From Terriglobia bacterium (GTDB lineage: Bacteria; Acidobacteriota; Terriglobia; 2-12-FULL-54-10), in NCBI GenBank assembly GCA_963666975.2, contig CAXVYR010000003.1, positions 960,001 to 1,024,000 of the forward strand: DNA of 64,000 nucleotides, written 5' to 3'. The notes beneath the pieces were generated by a model that saw only the letters and a program-made list of their open reading frames with translations, was not told the DNA's origin and searched no databases. Numbering within the stretch: position 1 is the stretch's first letter; each line of letters begins with the position of its first letter. The position numbers and the translations under genes are program-made. Below, piece by piece: positions 59,613-64,000 of the stretch.

Positions 59613-60035
59613 ATGCCGAAAATCCTTCTCGTCGGAAACGATCCTGCGGAGGTGGAAGTTCGCGCGTTGGTGATGGAGTTTGGAGGGCACCGCTGCAAAA
59701 CCGCGGCCTCCCATAAAGAAGCCATCAAACTTCTGAGGGAGGAGTCCTTTGATCTGGTAGTCACAGACTTCAAGCCGAATGGCAGCAGCCCTGCTCAGAT
59801 TGTAAAAAACTTGCAGGGCGCTTTTCCGGAAGTGCCGCTGATGGTCCTTTCCGAAAGTGGCAACACAGTTGTAAAAGGGGCGGATGAAGTGCTGGCAATT
59901 CCCTGCTCTCCTGAGCATTTGCTTCAGCGCATTGAACGAATGCTAAGCCAGTCCGCCATCCCTGCGCGGAGAAGGCCTGCTCGTGTAGCACCTACTCATA
60001 TAGCAATGGTTGCTCTGGCGGCGAAAGCTCGCTGA
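59613..60035 (+). CDS. Stand-alone response regulator receiver (atypical)
   Basis: KILLVGND and FDLVVTD are present. The conserved Lys is absent (LAIP instead of L.KP). AGGAAG RBS. Confidence 0.75.
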   Translation: MPKILLVGNDPAEVEVRALVMEFGGHRCKTAASHKEAIKLLREESFDLVVTDFKPNGSSPAQIVKNLQGAFPEVPLMVLSESGNTVVKGADEVLAIPCSPEHLLQRIERMLSQSAIPARRRPARVAPTHIAMVALAAKAR

Positions 60036-60274
60036 TGAGCTAGCTGATGAGTTGAAAGCCTTCTGCGCATACCCTGTACAGCAAGGGATTGCTACGCCCG
60101 GACTACCAACGCGGAACGTTCGCATTCTTAGCTGACCGCTTGCTTTTCCAGCGGACCTTGAGAGGCAACCATCGCCTCGCCAGATTCCGCCGCGCATTCC
60201 TCTCTTCGCTTTCCATTCGATCCCGCCTGTCCAAAATGCGCCCCGCCCGCTAACCCGGTTCTTGCGTACCGCTC

Positions 60275-60283
60275 TGCTATAAT
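60275..60283 (+). promoter_or_regulatory. Extended -10 promoter of uvrB
   Basis: TGCTATAAT ending 22 nt before the ATG. Confidence 0.55.
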
Positions 60284-60305
60284 CAATTTTAGGCCAAACA
60301 AGACC

Positions 60306-62291
60306 ATGGGATTTCAACTGGCAAGCGAATACCGTCCTCGGGGCGACCAGGTAACTGCGATCCAGCAACTGGTGCGCGGGGTGTCGGAGGGCGAACAGCA
60401 CCAGGTGTTGCTGGGGGTCACCGGCTCCGGCAAGACCTACACCATGGCCAAGGTGATCGAGGCGGTGGGCCGCCCGGCGCTCATCCTGGCCCATAACAAA
60501 ACGCTGGCGGCGCAGCTCTATCACGAGTTCAAAACCTTCTTTCCGGGCAATGCCGTCGAGTACTTCGTCAGCTATTACGACTACTACCAACCCGAGGCTT
60601 ACATCGCCTCGACCGACACCTACATCGAGAAGGAAGCCACCATTAACGACGAGCTGGACAAACTGCGGCTTTCCGCCACCCGCTCGCTGTTTGAGCGGCG
60701 CGACTGCATTATCGTTGCCAGCGTCTCCTGCATCTACGGCCTGGGATCGCCGGAAGCCTACTACGGCATGCTGCTGTTTCTGGAAAAGGGCCAAAAGATT
60801 TCCCGGCAGGAGATACTCAAGCGCCTGGTGGAGATTCAATACGAGCGCAACGACCGGGACTTCAAGCGCGGCACCTTCCGCGTGCGGGGCGACGTGGTGG
60901 AGCTTTACCCCACCTATGACGACTTCGCCTACCGCATTGAACTCTGGGGCGATCAGGTGGAGAAGCTCTCCCGCATCGACCCGCTTTTCGGGCAGGTGAA
61001 GCAGGTCTACCCGCGACTGCCCATCTATCCCAAAACGCACTACGTGATGTCGGCTGAGACCCGCGAGGAGGCCATCCGTAAAATCCTGATAGAGCTGGAC
61101 TGGTGGATACCGGAATTGGAAAAGCAGGGCAAGATGCTGGAGGCAAAACGCCTGACCCAGCGAACCCGGTTCGACGTGGAGATGATGCGGCAGATCGGCT
61201 ACTGCCACGGCATTGAGAATTACTCCCGGCATTTTTCTGGACGCCAGCCGGGCGAAGCGCCTCCCACCCTGCTCGATTACCTCGCCCGCGACGCCATGCT
61301 CTTTATCGACGAGAGCCATCAAACGGTGCCGCAGTTGCGCGGCATGTATCGCGGCGACCGCTCGCGGAAACAGAACCTGCTGGAGTACGGCTTCCGCCTG
61401 CCGAGCGCGCTCGACAACCGCCCCCTGAACTTTGAGGAGTTTGAGCAGCGGGTGGACCAAGTGGTCTACGTCTCGGCCACTCCGGGGCCTTATGAACTGA
61501 CCAAATCCGCCGGGGTGGTGGTGGAGCAGGTCATCCGCCCCACCGGGCTGGTGGACCCGGAGGTGGAGGTGCGCCCCATTCGCGGGCAGATCGACGACCT
61601 GCTTAGCGAAATCCGCGACCGGACGGCGCACGGGGAACGGGTGCTGGTGACTACCCTGACCAAGCGCATGTCAGAAGACCTGGCGGAGTACTACACCGAG
61701 GTAGGCGTGCGCTGCCGCTATCTGCACTCGGAGATCGAAACCCTGGACCGCGTGAAGCTGTTGCGCGACCTGCGCCGGGGCGAGTTCGACGTGATGATCG
61801 GCATCAACCTGCTGCGCGAGGGCCTGGACCTGCCGGAGGTCTCGTTGGTAGCCATCCTGGACGCCGACAAGGAAGGCTTCCTGCGCTCTGCCGGGGCGCT
61901 GATTCAGACCGTGGGCCGCGCGGCGCGGAACATTCGCGGCAAGGCCATCCTCTATGCCGACAATATGACCAAATCCATGCAGCAGGCGATTTCCGAGACC
62001 GACCGCCGCCGCGAGTTGCAGATGCACTACAACAAGGAGAACCACATCACGCCGGAGTCAATCATCAAGCCGGTGGACATGAGTTTGGTGGCCGTCGCCG
62101 AGGCGGACTACTGGACGCCGCCTTTACAAGACACCGACCTGGACCAGTTCTCCACCGCCGCCGAGCGGGACGAGTTTATCGCGAGGCTGGAAGCGGAGAT
62201 GCGCGAGGCAGCCAAGAACTTCGAGTTCGAGCGCGCCGCTCAGTTGAGAGACCGAATTCGCGCCTTGAAGCAGAGCGAGGTGACGGCCTGA
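60306..62291 (+). CDS. uvrB: Excinuclease ABC subunit B
   Basis: Motifs [22 protein letters not shown] and FERAAQLRD. Confidence 0.98.
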   Translation: MGFQLASEYRPRGDQVTAIQQLVRGVSEGEQHQVLLGVTGSGKTYTMAKVIEAVGRPALILAHNKTLAAQLYHEFKTFFPGNAVEYFVSYYDYYQPEAYIASTDTYIEKEATINDELDKLRLSATRSLFERRDCIIVASVSCIYGLGSPEAYYGMLLFLEKGQKISRQEILKRLVEIQYERNDRDFKRGTFRVRGDVVELYPTYDDFAYRIELWGDQVEKLSRIDPLFGQVKQVYPRLPIYPKTHYVMSAETREEAIRKILIELDWWIPELEKQGKMLEAKRLTQRTRFDVEMMRQIGYCHGIENYSRHFSGRQPGEAPPTLLDYLARDAMLFIDESHQTVPQLRGMYRGDRSRKQNLLEYGFRLPSALDNRPLNFEEFEQRVDQVVYVSATPGPYELTKSAGVVVEQVIRPTGLVDPEVEVRPIRGQIDDLLSEIRDRTAHGERVLVTTLTKRMSEDLAEYYTEVGVRCRYLHSEIETLDRVKLLRDLRRGEFDVMIGINLLREGLDLPEVSLVAILDADKEGFLRSAGALIQTVGRAARNIRGKAILYADNMTKSMQQAISETDRRRELQMHYNKENHITPESIIKPVDMSLVAVAEADYWTPPLQDTDLDQFSTAAERDEFIARLEAEMREAAKNFEFERAAQLRDRIRALKQSEVTA

Positions 62292-62304
62292 TTGGCAATC
62301 CATC

Positions 62305-62330
62305 AGAGCCGCGACCACGAGGGAGCGGCT
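62305..62330. repeat. REP-like palindrome
   Basis: AGAGCCGCGACCACGAGGGAGCGGCT. Confidence 0.5.
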
Positions 62331-62361
62331 GTCTAGGTTAAGAACGAGCAAGGAGAAACAA

Positions 62362-63153
62362 ATGGCTGCCCCCCGCTCCAATGTGGAGATTGGTTTCGCA
62401 GAGTTTCGGTCTTTTGTATACTCAAAGTATTCCGTTCCAATCCAAGAAGCTGTGAAGTTAACTGAAATTGCGAGCGTGATGTTCAAGAAACCTGTAAGTG
62501 AACCACTTCATCAGGTGATAGGCCGTATTGCATCCATCGTCACGAACTCGCTCGGCGCTGTTGTTCTCTTGGTCCTTAACGGATACGGTCACGATGCAAT
62601 GAGAATTGTCCGGAGCATGCTTGAAGGAGCCGTCACTGTAGCTTTCCTTAAACGGCAGCCTGAGCAATTTCAAGATTACTGGGCTTTTCGTCACATCAGG
62701 CTCAAGAGATCCTATAACGTCATGCTCAAGCACTTTCCAGCCGAGGCACAAAAAAATTCGCTAGAAAAGGTAGCTCAAATGGAGCAGGACTACCTGTCAG
62801 TTGTGGACCAATTCAAGGACAAGCGAGGAAGAGTTCGTCATAGGTGGAGTAGTGTGGGCTTAGCCGAAATGGCAAAAGAAGTCGGGATGGAGTGGGAGTA
62901 TCGAACAGTTTACTCTTGGACTTCATCTATGTTGCACGTGGATGTTGGTGCCTTGTCCCTCCAAGCTGATCCTGTAACCAAGGAAGGCGACGCAGCACCG
63001 TCTCAAGAGTGGCTCGGTGAGAGCCTTATAACGACTCACCGTTCGGTGCTCCAGGTGTTAGATAATTACAATGAAATCGCACGGTTGGGATTCGACACCG
63101 AAATCCAAACTGCTACCGATGGCTTCATGACGGCTTGGAAGAAGAACTCCTAA
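62362..63153 (+). CDS. Hypothetical helical protein (DUF5677-like)
   Basis: RSMLE, W......MA..VG...EY..VY...S...H pattern. Visibly more AT-rich than its flanks. AGGAG RBS. Confidence 0.7.
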   Translation: MAAPRSNVEIGFAEFRSFVYSKYSVPIQEAVKLTEIASVMFKKPVSEPLHQVIGRIASIVTNSLGAVVLLVLNGYGHDAMRIVRSMLEGAVTVAFLKRQPEQFQDYWAFRHIRLKRSYNVMLKHFPAEAQKNSLEKVAQMEQDYLSVVDQFKDKRGRVRHRWSSVGLAEMAKEVGMEWEYRTVYSWTSSMLHVDVGALSLQADPVTKEGDAAPSQEWLGESLITTHRSVLQVLDNYNEIARLGFDTEIQTATDGFMTAWKKNS

Positions 63154-63189
63154 TTCCCGATGGTTCAGACACCCACTGATCTCACCCCC

Positions 63190-64000
63190 TCACCCCTTCA
63201 GCACCCCCATCGGCGCCAGGCGTGCGGCTTTGCGGGCGAGGCCGGCCTGGTGGACGACCTCGACGACCTCATCCACGTCCTTATAGGCTTCGGGAATTTC
63301 TTCCAGAATTCCGTCACGAGTCCGCGATTGGACGATGATGCCCTTCTCCTCAAGCTCCCTCTTCACCTGCTGGATGTCCCGGCCACGCTTTGCGGCGGTG
63401 CGGCTCATCATGCGGCCTGCCCCGTGGCAGACGCTTCCGAAAGTCTCTTCCATTGCTTTCTGCGCCCCCACCAACACATAGGAAGCTGTCCCCATGCTGC
63501 CGGGGATCAAGACCGGCTGGCCGATCTCTTGATACCGGCTGGGAATCTCCGGGCTGCCGGGCGGGAAGGCTCGCGTTGCTCCTTTGCGGTGGACCAAAAC
63601 GTCCCTCTCTACCCCGCCTACCTTATATGTCTCCCGCTTGGCGATGTTGTGCGCCACATCGTAAACCACCCGAACCGCCGCGCCGTCGCCAAAAATTCGC
63701 TCAATAGCCCGGCGCGTAAAATGCGTGATCGCCTGCCGGTTGGCCCATGCAAAGTTGGCTGCGGCATACATCGCACCCAGATAATCCTGCCCCTCGGGAG
63801 ACTGTATCGGCACGCAGGCAAGCTGACGGTCCGGCAGCGTGATGTTGTATTTCTTCATCGCCGCGCCCATCTCCATCTGTGCCAGGAAATCCGTGCAGAC
63901 CTGGTGGCCGAGCCCTCGTGAGCCGGTGTGGATCAGCACCACCACTTGGCCTTCCGATAGCCCCAGCGCATCTCCCACTTCCGGTTCGAAAACTTTTTGG
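63190..64000 (-). CDS. rtcB: RtcB RNA ligase (5' end outside the window)
   Basis: Motifs HTGSRGLGHQ, DVAHNIAK, HRKGATR, PGSMG, HGAGR and EAYKD. Confidence 0.95.
   Translation of the reverse strand, partial: QKVFEPEVGDALGLSEGQVVVLIHTGSRGLGHQVCTDFLAQMEMGAAMKKYNITLPDRQLACVPIQSPEGQDYLGAMYAAANFAWANRQAITHFTRRAIERIFGDGAAVRVVYDVAHNIAKRETYKVGGVERDVLVHRKGATRAFPPGSPEIPSRYQEIGQPVLIPGSMGTASYVLVGAQKAMEETFGSVCHGAGRMMSRTAAKRGRDIQQVKRELEEKGIIVQSRTRDGILEEIPEAYKDVDEVVEVVHQAGLARKAARLAPMGVLKG

Noticed and set aside
1-64000. tRNA/rRNA genes, transposases, integrases, prophage and Sec machinery genes
   Set aside because: None was recognised by eye. The absence of sel genes here is uninformative for the rest of the genome.

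Overview
A GC-rich bacterial chromosomal segment, probably Acidobacteriota. That is inferred from a TIGR03437-like Solibacter-type domain relic, the carboxypeptidase-regulatory/TPR protein and the gene order. Most of it is housekeeping: asmA-like (partial), pckA, dnaE-accA, add, argR-tldD-pmbA, acpP-fabF-etfB-etfA-ETF:QO, a copA-type ATPase, a CHASE2 kinase with a sigma-54 regulator, uvrA, uvrB and rtcB (partial). It also holds an ABC-transporter-dependent (Wzm/Wzt) methylated-glycan cluster, three type II TA pairs and several gene relics. The best candidate novelty is a membrane-anchored or secreted multi-blade beta-propeller gene (4337->2090, minus). The ORF track splits it at an in-frame TGA (2916-2918) lying mid-blade and followed by a SECIS-like hairpin, so it is a candidate selenoprotein. 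Other unannotated signals: a promoter- and terminator-bounded ~100-nt sRNA candidate (49651-49748), a multi-stem RNA with pseudoknot potential (42121-42330), a 50-aa K/R-rich ORF after pmbA, degenerate attC-like sites between uvrA and uvrB, REP/REPIN-like hairpins, and a perfect 111-bp in-frame tandem duplication. No database searches were run. Family names come from motif recognition, and some single-base frameshifts may be sequencing errors.
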